Shown here: positions 1 to 11,685 of the stretch, piece after piece
Numbering within the stretch: position 1 is the first letter of the stretch
How the letters are laid out: every line of letters begins with the position of its first letter
NCBI GenBank assembly: GCA_012295275.1
Contig: CM022677.1
Span: 17,050,001 to 17,114,000, forward strand
Direction: 5' to 3'
Source of the DNA: Chrysomallon squamiferum
Lineage: Eukaryota > Animalia > Mollusca
DNA length: 64,000 bases
The notes under the pieces: generated by a model
What the model was told of the DNA's origin: nothing
The model's database searches: none
The model's input: only the letters and a program-made list of their open reading frames with translations
Program-made: the position numbers and the translations under genes

Positions 1-89
1 AATCTAGTGATTTTTAGAGAAGAAGTGTTTAATTGATTTCTATCATGCGTAGTCATCGTGGTGGTCGTTCCGTCAGTGTTTAATTGTCT

Positions 90-949
90 TTTTTTGATTA
101 TCATCATCATCATCCTTGTCTCTTTCATCTTCATTTTGTACGTCATCATCATCTTTTTCCTTTTATATATTCTTCCTCAACATCATTCTACAATTTAGTA
201 ACCGTCATCATCATCTACTTCTGCTTTTACATCATCATCATCAAAATTATCATCTTCTTTTTCCTTTATTATCATAACAGTCTTCTTTTTCTTCAACACC
301 TTACTAAAACTCATCATCACAGTCATCATCATCTTTTTCATTCATCATCATCATCTTTTTCTGTCTTTCCTCAACATCATCATCATAATCATCATCGTCT
401 ACGTCTTTCTCTGGCTATTCTTCATCATTCTCTGATTTATTTTAATCATTATCATAATCATCATCGTCTTCTTGGTTTCATCATCATCATCATATCGTCA
501 TCGTCTTCTCCTCTACATCATCATCATCATCATTATTGTCGTCTATTTATTCTCTAGATCTTTTTTCATCATTATCGTAATCATCGTCTTGTTTTTCCTT
601 CATCATCATCAACATCATCATCTTCATGTCTTCACCATCATTATCATCATCTTGTTTTTCCTTCATCATCATCATCAACATCATCTTCATGTCTTCATCA
701 TCATTATCATCATCATCATCATCATCATCTTCTACTGCTTTCATTTATTTTCTTCTTTCTCTTCTTCCTTTCTTTTTCTTCTTCTCTTTCTCGTATTCTC
801 TAAAGTTTGTTTCCTGTTCGCTATTATTATTATTATTATATTATAATTCGTGTTGTAGTAGCAGTAGTGGTTGTTGTTGTCGTTGTTGTTGTTCTTCTTC
901 TCTTCCTTGTATTCTCAAAAGTTTTGTTTACTCTTCACTATTATTATTA

Positions 950-996
<47 letters not shown>

Positions 997-1007
997 TGTA
1001 TTACTAG

Positions 1008-1045
<38 letters not shown>
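90..1045. repeat. Compound triplet microsatellite region (CAT/TCT/TAT/GTT)
   Basis: Degenerate (CAT)n at 90-730, (TAT)n at ~940-995, (GTT)n at ~1008-1045. Confidence 0.9.
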
Positions 1046-1046
<1 letters not shown>

Positions 1047-1743
1047 CCTTCTCCTTCAACATCTCTGCCTTGTATTCTCAAAAGTCTGTTTACTTTTCGT
1101 TTCCTGATTACTCCACAACAGCAATCACTGAGCCGAACTCTTCTGTGACAAGTCGTGATGAAAGAGACTCTATGGCGTTTTTCTCGGAAAAGTCATTTTT
1201 TCTCAGAAAAGTCATTTTTCTTCATTTGCGGTGACTCTCGCACTTTTTGCTGACATTTAACCCTTTTTTATTTATTTCTTTTTTTTTTTTTTTTTTTTTT
1301 TTTAGTTTAGATCACTGATGGGAGATGCAGGAAGACAGATTGAGAATAAAATATAGAGAAAGATGGATAAGCTATCGATTTTATTTTTATTCATTTATTT
1401 ACATTTTCACGTTTTTTTTTTTTTTTTTTTTCTCAATTCCGTCGAGTTATAAATCATCTGTAGTTGACGTAAGCTATCATTAAGATTTTTTAACACTATT
1501 TGTTCAGCCAAGTAGAAAATAAAATAGAGAAAATTCACAGACTTTGAATAGATTAAGGAGTCTTTTTTTATATTTTTTTTATTATTTTTTTTTTTTAAAT
1601 AGGTTTTAAGTTAAGGAATTGTTTTCTGTGATTATATAAGTTGTTACAAATAATAAAACACATGTAGTCATATCTTATGTACGTGTTTGTGGTTGCATTT
1701 ATATTTGTTGATAACGTAGAATAAGATAAGATAAACAGACAGC

Positions 1744-1744
<1 letters not shown>

Positions 1745-1822
<78 letters not shown>

Positions 1823-1823
1823 G

Positions 1824-1858
<35 letters not shown>

Positions 1859-1867
1859 GTAGATAGG

Positions 1868-1898
<31 letters not shown>

Positions 1899-1906
1899 GT
1901 AGGAGT

Positions 1907-1939
<33 letters not shown>

Positions 1940-1960
1940 TAGATAGAGATAGAGAGATAG
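1745..1960. repeat. (GATA)n/(GA)n microsatellite
   Basis: Direct reading of a long AGAT tract followed by an AG tract. Confidence 0.95.
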
Positions 1961-2806
1961 ATAGGTTTAACTAACTAACTGATAGATACTGACAGACAGT
2001 CGTATGAAATAGACAGACAGATGGATGGATGTATGGATGGACAGAAGTAAGACATGAAGACAGAAAGAAATACACAAACAGAATATATCTGTCTAATAAT
2101 GAAATTGTTGTTTTGGTCTGGATGTTTGTATACAGAATCACACTGTGAAAAAATATCATCATTTTTATAGGCGGGTATTTGCTGGTCTACACAGAACTCC
2201 CTGTGCACAATCTTACATTTAAGCTAGATTTGTTATCATGACACGAAAATCTTCTTTTAAACGAACAAAAAGACACACACACACACACACACACGTACAT
2301 TCACATACACAGACATACACACAACAAAAGTCATATAATCTCAGTCCATAATGAGTTAATTACTGTTCTGAAAACTGCCAAATCAGCAGTAAGTTGAACA
2401 AAAAGAATACGATCAATAGACAGTGACAATTTTGTTTTGTTTGTTCTGTTAGCCAAATTCCGATCAACCTACAATTAACACGACGAAGTCGAGGAAGTGT
2501 CTGTGATGTAATTTCATGGACTTGTGAAATCAGAAATTATTATACAATAATTATGTTCCATGTAATCCCTGATACTGTAATATTTTTATCATACTTGCTA
2601 GAAGTTGCCAACAAAGGTAAAACAAGGTGGCAATGTCAACAGTGTGATGGTAGAAGCAAGGTCGTATTATATGCAAGGTTGTAAAGAGGTGAATGATTTT
2701 GTGTGTGATGTTCGTTAATAGACTTAACTGTCAAATTAAACAGTTGATGACTAAGTAAAGTTAAAAAAATACACGAAACACGGTAAGTTCAGTATGATTG
2801 TGTGTG

Positions 2807-2950
<144 letters not shown>

Positions 2951-3173
2951 AACAGACTGAAATACAAACAGGAAAAAGAAAAGATAGACAAGCAGATACC
3001 TTAATTGTCTAGCTACTAATGGAAAGATAAAGTAGATAATTAAACTATTTTGAATTCTACAACCAGCGACAAAAAAATCAAAAATAAAAAAAAAAAAAAA
3101 AAAAAATCAGTTAGCTCAAATGGTGAATAAGAAATTTTAAATTTACATAAATAATGATTAATCATAATCTTAC

Positions 3174-3265
3174 CTCGAATTTCTCTGTTTCTGGATTAAG
3201 ATCTAGAAGCGAATAATCCGCATTTCTGTCCCCGTTCGAGTCAATACTGACAGTTCCAGTGATTC
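3174..3265 (-). CDS. NPR1-like: NPR-like receptor guanylyl cyclase, coding exon 5 ((G)ITGTVSIDSNGDRNADYSLLDLNPETEKFE)
   Basis: Not in the ORF track. Acceptor TTTATTGCAG|GA, donor GAG|GTAAGA, 92 nt. Contains the hallmark GITG.V.ID.NGDR..DYSL.D motif. Confidence 0.95.
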
Positions 3266-3534
3266 CTGCAATAAATAAATAAATAAACAAATAATTAAAA
3301 AATAAATATGTAAATACGTAAATTAATAACTCAATAAACAAACGTGTAAATAAGTAAATAAATAAATAAATAAATCAAACAGTTTAATAGCCTTCATTGG
3401 AGAAAACGTTTTATAACGTGATCAAGGTCTTTCTTGTATGTTGTCAGTCCCATAGTTTATCACTGGCTGTCTTTAAAAGATTAATAATCATCCACTAACA
3501 GATACATGTATTTGAGATGTATATTTCAAATCAC

Positions 3535-3633
<99 letters not shown>

Positions 3634-3725
3634 CACACACACGCAAACACACTCACAGCCTCATACCGAGGTCTACACACTTTTAATTTCAGTAAAATAA
3701 TATTCCAATAAAAACAATAACAAAC

Positions 3726-3861
3726 CTTCAAATGTTCTGTTCCACATTCTTCTTGTGATTTCGGCTCCGTCCGTCACAGAACCGTTTGCAGCCAGAGTTT
3801 CATTCAGTGCAAGCGCGTACAGTATGACGGCGTCGTGAAATGCTCCCACGAAGCTGTTCAC
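3726..3861 (-). CDS. NPR1-like: NPR-like receptor guanylyl cyclase, coding exon 4 (VNSFVGAFHDAVILYALALNETLAANGSVTDGAEITRRMWNRTFE(G))
   Basis: Acceptor TCGTTGCAG|GTG, donor G|GTTTGT, 136 nt. Contains the conserved FHDAVILYA.ALNETL and MWNRTF.G motifs. Confidence 0.95.
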
Positions 3862-4700
3862 CTGCAACGACAACAACGTTCATTTTTACTTACGTCTAAA
3901 AAAAAAAAAAAAAAAAAATTCGCTTAGGAGCACAAAGTCATAGAGCTTTCTGTGAGTTTTAGTCTATTGATGCATTGTGATAATTATATTAAGAGTGGTA
4001 TAGTATTGTGTATTGGATTTTAACTCATATCATACATAAAAAAAATATATATACAGTATTTGTATTGCATGTTGTATAGTGTAGGTTGATATTGCATAGG
4101 ATAATATATTATAGGGGAATATAGTATGAGGTTACACCGTATTTGAGTATATCGTATAGGCTGATATAATATCGGGAAATATGGTATCGGACAATTTCAT
4201 GGTGAGTTATATTGCATAGGTTAAGATCGTATGTTTTAGCATTTAGGTTACTATTGTATAGATTATAATGTAGAGGACGATATCGTACAGTGTTATATTG
4301 CATTTGGCAGTATCGTACACTAATATCCTTCTGATTATTAGTAAGTCAATGTTGTTGTTGTTGTTTATTTTATTTGTTTTTTAATTTCCTTTTTTCTATG
4401 TCTTTTTTTTTCCTTTTTTTTTCTTTCTTTTTTTTTTTTTTTTTTTTTTTTTGTTGTTGTTGGTTGTTTATCTTTTCTTTCCTTTTCCTTTATTTATAAA
4501 ATGGAAATATAATGATCACAACAATAGCAACAACATTCAAATAACAACTGCCAGAAGAAACATATTAAATCACATTATTTCTACGGTGATATATTTTATG
4601 ACATAGAGCTCGCTTTATATTTTTAAAAAAACGTAGCTTGAACATAGACAGTTATATATGCAAAAACAACGAAACAGAATATATATTAGTGTGCGAGTGC

Positions 4701-4766
4701 ATATACAATGGGTATTCTATATATATATATATCTATATATGTCTATATAGAATACCCATTGTATAT
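4701..4766. repeat. Perfect 23-bp inverted repeat (hairpin) with 20-nt AT-rich loop, in intron 3
   Basis: ATATACAATGGGTATTCTATATA (4701-4723) is the exact reverse complement of TATATAGAATACCCATTGTATAT (4744-4766). Confidence 0.95.
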
Positions 4767-6119
4767 ATATATACTTAAAAAGAGAAAATATGATAGATGA
4801 ATATAAATAGCTATTAAATATGATTCAGCCCTGGTGGGGGGTTCTAGAATATTGTAAACGTGTTTGAACATTCAAAAACAGCGCAGATAACGCTTTTCTT
4901 TACTACAAATTTTATTCACACATTGAGGGACAATACAGCCTGCATATGTAATGAGAGAGGACTGCACTGGTCCTAAACGACAGTATTTGTATAGACAGGG
5001 GAAACAGGGAGAGACAGGGGGAGGGGTAGAGGGAGTGGGGGAGAGAGAGAGAGAGCGAGAGTGAGAGAAGGGAGAAAAAGAGATAAATGGATGAATGGAA
5101 GGAGAGATAGAGAGAGATCGAAAGAGAGACAGATAGCTAGAAAGACAAAGCTACAGAGACAGATAAACATAGATAGGTAACTGGTTAAAAAAGAGATATC
5201 GGCAGATAGACAGACTGACAGATAGATGGACAGATAGACAAAGAGATAGACAGATTGGTAGGTAGATAGATGGATAGAGATAGAGACAGACAAATAAACA
5301 GACTGAACGACTGATTAGTAGTCAGTGAGAAGAGACATAAAGAAAGAAAGAAATAGCAGTTTATAACGGTAAAAACAAATAAATAAATAAATAAATAAAT
5401 AAAAATAAAAATAAAAATAAAAATAAAAATAAAAATAAAAATAAAAATAAAAATAAAAATAAAAATAAAAATAACATAACATAACATAACATAACTATTA
5501 ATGCCACCCCCCTAAAAATATTAGGACCGGCCCTGAACTAGTAAACAGTTTACTAGGTCTAACGAGAATATATATATATATGTAAAGAAAACAACGCACA
5601 ACAAAAGTACGTATAATCGATTATTTACGACCCCCTACGTAGGCATAAACAAAAGTGACAACGTTTCCGAATAACAAGAAAATGAAGCTATGACGAAGGT
5701 AATTAACATTACTATGAGACCAAAAAATGTAACAGTAAAATACCTTTTAGTGGTTATTTATTGTCATTATTTTTCTATTAGATTGCCAAGAGTTATGTAT
5801 ATTCATGCAAAAAAAAAAAAAAAAGAACAGAAATAGCAATGACTTTGGATAATGTTCGTTGTCTAGTCGTGATTTATGATATAGTTTTTTTGGTGCTATT
5901 TTGTTTCTTTTTGTTTTATGACTTTTTTTAAATGGGTGACGTACATATTGACTCTGACGTCATAATTAAATTAAATATTTTCAGTTTTATGACTTTTTAA
6001 ATGGGTGATGTACGTATTGTATTTACTCTGACGTCATAATTAATGTATTTCTTTTCGTCAAGGTAATAAATTATTAGATAAAGAGGTAGGTATGTCAACG
6101 CTGATAAATGGTATATACG

Positions 6120-6154
<35 letters not shown>

Positions 6155-6164
6155 TACTATGCCT

Positions 6165-6255
<91 letters not shown>

Positions 6256-6426
6256 GGAGAGAGAGAGAGAGAGAGAGAAACCGACAACAGCAAAATAAAT
6301 AAAGAAAGAAAAGAAACCGACAAAAAAAGAAAAAAAAAAGAAAAAAGAAATAAAAAAGAAAAAACCAAAACCAGAAAAAACAAAAAAAAAAAAAAAAACA
6401 AACAAAGGTAACGAAAACGAAAATAC

Positions 6427-6622
6427 CTCTTCTTCTCCGTAAGTGAAGTTCTTGTACAGCTGGCTGGCTCTTCTCTTCACCTCCTCCGAAAACTGCCTGT
6501 ACTCGGGGCTCGTGGGTTTCCGTAAGGTGACGGTCATCAACGCATCGTACCCCTTCCTCGCTTTCTGATTCCGCTCCTCCGTATCATTGGCGCGGTACCA
6601 TTGTCTCTCAGTATCGTTCTTA
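6427..6622 (-). CDS. NPR1-like: NPR-like receptor guanylyl cyclase, coding exon 3 ((S)KNDTERQWYRANDTEERNQKARKGYDALMTVTLRKPTSPEYRQFSEEVKRRASQLYKNFTYGEEE)
   Basis: Acceptor GTGTGCAG|T, donor GAG|GTATTT, 196 nt. The W...D.....KARKGYDALMTVTLRKP.SPEY..F...VK segment is typical of NPR ectodomains. Confidence 0.93.
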
Positions 6623-7173
6623 CTGCACACGAAATAAAGATGGAGAGAAGGAATGAATATTCAGCAGGACGAATGAAGGAATGAAAGAAAGAAGGAGCAT
6701 GTTGAACTAATGAAGTATCATCTGTAAAGATTTTTTTTAGACCATCAAAACTAACTACTACTATTACTACAACTGCTGTTGTTGCTGCTGCTGCTACTAC
6801 AACCCCAACTTCTACTACTACTACTAGTACTACTACCATTTACAACTGCTACTATTATTACTGTAAATAAATAACAACGGCAGTTCTTTTTACTACTATT
6901 AGCGCTGCTACTGCTAATGCTGCCACTATTACTACAACAACTACTACTACTACTACTGCCTCTACTACTACTACTACTACTACTACTACCGCTAAATAAT
7001 AATAACAACAACAACAACAACAACAATAATACCAACATTTGAGAAAAGCTCTTTCTAATGTGCCTGTATACATTCGAACATACACACACACAAACACATA
7101 CACATACACACACAAACACACACACAAACACACAAACACTCACACACAAACACAAACAAACACACACACGAAA

Positions 7174-7216
<43 letters not shown>

Positions 7217-7729
7217 TGCACACGCACAAGAACACACACACACAAACAAACAAACAAACACTCATATACATGCAGATTTTTAGCATGTCAAACGTTTTTT
7301 AACAATCTAAAAAACAAAACAAAAACACATATCTTTTTTTTTCATTTTCTTTTTCTTTTTTTTTTTTTGTTGTGTTCAAACACACACTATATAATTCATC
7401 GAGATGTCGAAAAGAACATCTACAACGCCAGATTTTGAAGAGATCCTGTCTACATCATTAAACTCAAAGGCTTTTCGCTCCCGCAACATAAAACTAATGG
7501 AGATTGATTAAGACTTCAGACATGTTAATGCTTTTCAAATACGTCGTGGAGAAACGTTGCCATCTCAACCAGAAACAAAACGTTGATTTCGCACGGCGGA
7601 CCATAAAACGTCATTCGTTGATTTAAAACCGAAGTCCTGTTTACGAAACGGTCCGTAAAAAAAAAAAAAAAAAAAAAAATCAAACATGGCGGCAGCCGTC
7701 TGTCTGTGAGTCACGTGACACATGACCCG

Positions 7730-7985
7730 AATGACGTGGGAAGGATCGGTTGACCGCTCTTCCTTGCTGAGTTATTATTCCCGATCCAGAAAGTGTATCA
7801 GAAGTTATATAATGTTTGTATTTGATCTACGTTGTAAAGTTTTAGAATCTTTTGCATGTGGTTTTATCACGAGAAGCGGTGTCTAATTTTCCTGTTGCTG
7901 GGTAGTCGCATAAAAAAAACAACACTTCTTGCTATTAGAAATGGTTAACTCGTGCAGTGATGCTAGCGGTTTTCCTCTCTGTCTT
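7730..7985 (+). mobile_element. Heavily degraded SINE-like copy (same family as 20470-20636)
   Basis: Shares TTCCCGATCCAG and ATAAAA...TTGCTA segments with the 20.5 kb copy. Also carries AGCGGTTTTCCTCTCT, which resembles the 3' part of mollusc tRNA-derived SINEs as I recall them. Confidence 0.45.
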
Positions 7986-8185
7986 ATCATTGTACGGATG
8001 TATGCTAAATGACTAACAGAAGAAATGATCATCTGTGTCCAGTATATTTATTTATATATATATAAAAGACAAATTATGACGTCATTAATTATTGAAGATT
8101 TTTTAAACTAAGGAATCTGCAGTGCCATTGCAACGCAATGTTATTCTTATCGTTATAGTGTAGACAGTACAATGAAAACAAAATC

Positions 8186-8225
<40 letters not shown>

Positions 8226-8324
8226 ATGTATATATATATATATGTATGTATGTATGTATATACGTATGTATTATTCGCTTGTTGCTGACGTTAACTTTCA
8301 TTATTTGTTTGTTTGTTTGTTTGT

Positions 8325-8443
<119 letters not shown>

Positions 8444-8669
8444 TTCATTCAAATTTATTTATTTATTTATTAACTAGAATTATCAAGACGTGAAAACGTT
8501 GAAGCATTTTATAAAATAGCGAACAAATCGATTTGAAAAGGTGTATTATTTAACATTTTCATGGTGCCCAGTAACCTTCGATCAAAAGACAATTTTTACA
8601 CAAGTATTTTCATTCACCACACAAACTGACTAGTATGAGCAAGACGTAAAGACGTTGTATCCTGCTTAC

Positions 8670-8781
8670 CTTGCGAAGAGGTCGATGTTGAAGAAGACGA
8701 ACTCGCCGTTGTCGAAGTTCAGCTCGTGAGCTTTGATCATGATTTCACGTATAGCGTCCGCCGAGGCACAGAGAACGATGA
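8670..8781 (-). CDS. NPR1-like: NPR-like receptor guanylyl cyclase, coding exon 2 ((I)IVLCASADAIREIMIKAHELNFDNGEFVFFNIDLFA)
   Basis: Not in the ORF track; read by hand. Acceptor TTATTTCAG|TC, donor AG|GTAAGC, 112 nt. The phase matches exon 1 (A+TC=Ile) and exon 3 (AG+T=Ser). Resembles the NPR-A segment VIYIC...YVFFHLDIFG. Confidence 0.93.
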
Positions 8782-8974
8782 CTGAAATAAACAAATTAAT
8801 TAATTAATTAACTAATTAATTGATTAATAAAAATAGAATAAGGAAATACAACAATACCAACAGCGACGACAACCATAATAATAATAATAATAAGAAGAAG
8901 AAGAAGAAGAAGAAAAGAAAACAACGACGCAACAACAACAATAACAACAATAAACAACAACAACAACAACAATA

Positions 8975-9061
<87 letters not shown>

Positions 9062-9509
9062 TATCATCATCATGATCATCATCATCATCATCATAATTAA
9101 AACAAATGATACCAGTTTAGAAAGAGACATGTATAGACGATACACTAAAAACGTATTGCGATGACGCACACATGTTTAAACAGATAAGTGCAGTAGAAAA
9201 ATCTAGGTTTAGTTGGTGTTTGTAGTGATAGTATTAGTATAGGTTATAGAGTAGTAGTGGTAGTAGTAGTAGTAATAGTAGCAGCGGCCGTAGTGGTACC
9301 AGTACTAGCAGTAGTAGTAGTAGCAGTAGCAGTAATAGTAACAGTGGTAGTAGTGGTATTAGTTGTAATAGTATTTATAACAGAAATAAAAGTAACAGTA
9401 ATGATGGTCGTGTTAGATGTAATAATGTAGTAGTAGTAGTAGTAGTAGTAGTAGAAGTAGAAGTAGTAGTAGTGATACACTAGCAGTAACTATAGTAGTG
9501 GTATTAATT

Positions 9510-9580
9510 GTAAAAGTAACAAGTAAAAGTAACAAGTAAAAGTAACAAGTAAAACTAACAAGTAAAAGTAACAAGTAAAA
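9510..9580. repeat. 13-bp tandem repeat (GTAAAAGTAACAA) x~5
   Basis: Direct reading. Confidence 0.9.
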
Positions 9581-9852
9581 ATATAATGATTGCTGTAATT
9601 ATGTAGCAGTAGCAGTAGCTAATGTTGTTGTGGTAGTGGTAGTTGTTTCATAACATTAATAGTAATAGCTGTAGTAGTAGAAAAAGGAACAGAACAACAG
9701 AAAAAAAAAATTTTAACAATTTTAGTTTAAAACAGAGCAACAAATATCAGCAACTATCAGAGTAATACAGAAAAGGTTTCAGTTAGCAACAGAGAAGAAA
9801 AAAAAGATAATCAGTTTCAGTTTGAAGCAGAGCAACACAGAAAATTTGATCA

Positions 9853-10023
9853 ATTTCAGTTTCCAGCAGAGAAATATACACCAGTGGTGAATTTCAGTTT
9901 CCAGCAGAGCAATATACACCAGTGGTGAATTTCAGTTTCCAGCAGAGAAATATACACCAGTGGTGAATTTCAGTTTCCAGCAGAGAAATATACAGCAGTG
10001 ACACATTTCAGTTTCCAGCAGAG
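9853..10023. repeat. 38-bp minisatellite (ATTTCAGTTTCCAGCAGAGAAATATACACCAGTGGTGA) x~4.5
   Basis: Unit starts at 9853, 9891, 9929, 9967 and 10005; more diverged copies lie upstream at ~9715-9850. Confidence 0.93.
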
Positions 10024-10349
10024 CGGTATGTAAGAGTACTGAGTTTTCAGTTGATCTAGATGTAGTTTTAACTCAGTGTATAAACGCTGGAGAGACTTTT
10101 TATCTGATTACTGGACAACACTGCGTGGTCTGGTGGACTGAACGGATATTTAGATCGTAGTGGACCAGAGATAGGAAGTCCAGCCATTAACTGATTTGAT
10201 CTTGTACTGTCCCGTGGTCATTTTAATGCAGTTTGTTTTTACTGGGTTCTACAGATGTTGTTATACAATACAGATATATTTTGTATAGTGTTTTTTTCAA
10301 CTTAGAAATGCGCTTAGACAGAATTTACAGACACATATATACATATACT

Positions 10350-10394
<45 letters not shown>

Positions 10395-11400
10395 TACTAC
10401 ATACAAACATATACATATACAGACTTATGCATACATGCATGACACACCCAGACAAACACACCCACACCCACACACCCCACACACCCACACACACATATAT
10501 ATTTATATTGAATTTGAGACAGTAGTGTATTAAACTGAGATCGTAGACCGATTATGTTTTCCTGTTTGAAAGACGTGTGAGTATTTCTTCATTTATTTTA
10601 ATTGTTTCATAGCAATGTCATATCCGATTGTCTGTCGACGTTGTTAAGAGATAACTGAATCATTTTCCTCAATCTAAGTACATTGGACAGACGTTACCAT
10701 CATTAATCGTTACAGAACTGTGTTCTAATTGACACCTCGCTTCATTTAAATAAACAATGATTTACCTACGTCTTCCTGTTTCAAACAGATCACAAGATTC
10801 TTTCCACATTTCTGGAGATTAAAGATTAAACAATTAAGGATTTGTCCTGTCACAGATAATCATGAAATAAACCGAATAACGGCTGCTTATTGGATACAGA
10901 AGCGACCCTAAAAAAAATTTACAAAAATTAAAAATCGCCAATTTTGTGTGTTTACCCTTTTTCCGACGTAATGAACAAGCTTTGGTAAAGCTTAGGGATC
11001 CGTAGAGCAAAGCCAATAAATGCTTTAGATAAGCAATGCACGGTACATCCGAGCCAGATTACTCGAACGAACAGAAGATTTGACAATTTGAACAGCAAAC
11101 GATGTTATCTTAAACCTACGGTGTCAAATACTTCAGTCAGCGAGACGCGATTTAATTGCGGACTCATCCAATATAAATACTGGTCCTCTAGCAAATTCAA
11201 TCTGCCGGCTACGACGACGACTTTCACTCAATAAGCAAAAAAAAGACCAGTAATCACAGGTTCCCTTATGAACAAAGAAAAGCTAAATTGGTGGTGATTG
11301 ACCAAGGATGAAGGGGAAGAGGGAGGGGGGGATCGTAGCGGCGAAGGTCAGAATTAAGAGACGTTATATGACCCACAAGGGGCAGTTTAATGGGAAGATA

Positions 11401-11685
11401 ACTTGTAGAATGTAATAACTCAACTTGTAGAATGTAATAACTCAACACGTAGAATGTAATAACTCAACTTGTAGAATGTAATAACTCAACTTGTAGAATG
11501 TAATAACTCAACTTGTAGAATGTAATAACTCAACTTGTAGAATGTAATAACTCAACTTGTAGAATGTAATAACTCAACTTGTAGAATGTAATAACTCAAC
11601 TTGTAGAATGTAATAACTCAACTTGTAGAATGTAATAACTCAACTTGTAGAATGTAATAACTCAACTTGTAGAATGTAATAACTC
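11401..11685. repeat. 22-bp minisatellite (ACTTGTAGAATGTAATAACTCA) x13
   Basis: Units every 22 bp from 11401 to 11665; only the third unit carries an internal variant (ACAC instead of ACTT). Confidence 0.97.

Noticed and set aside
84-1234. Long ORFs rich in His/Ile/Leu/Ser/Val
   Set aside because: Translations of triplet microsatellites with no domain content. The same applies to the many [24 protein letters not shown] and poly-I/L/N ORFs across the window.
11401-11685. CRISPR-like regular 22-bp repeats
   Set aside because: Head-to-tail repeats with no spacers, no cas genes and a eukaryotic intronic context.
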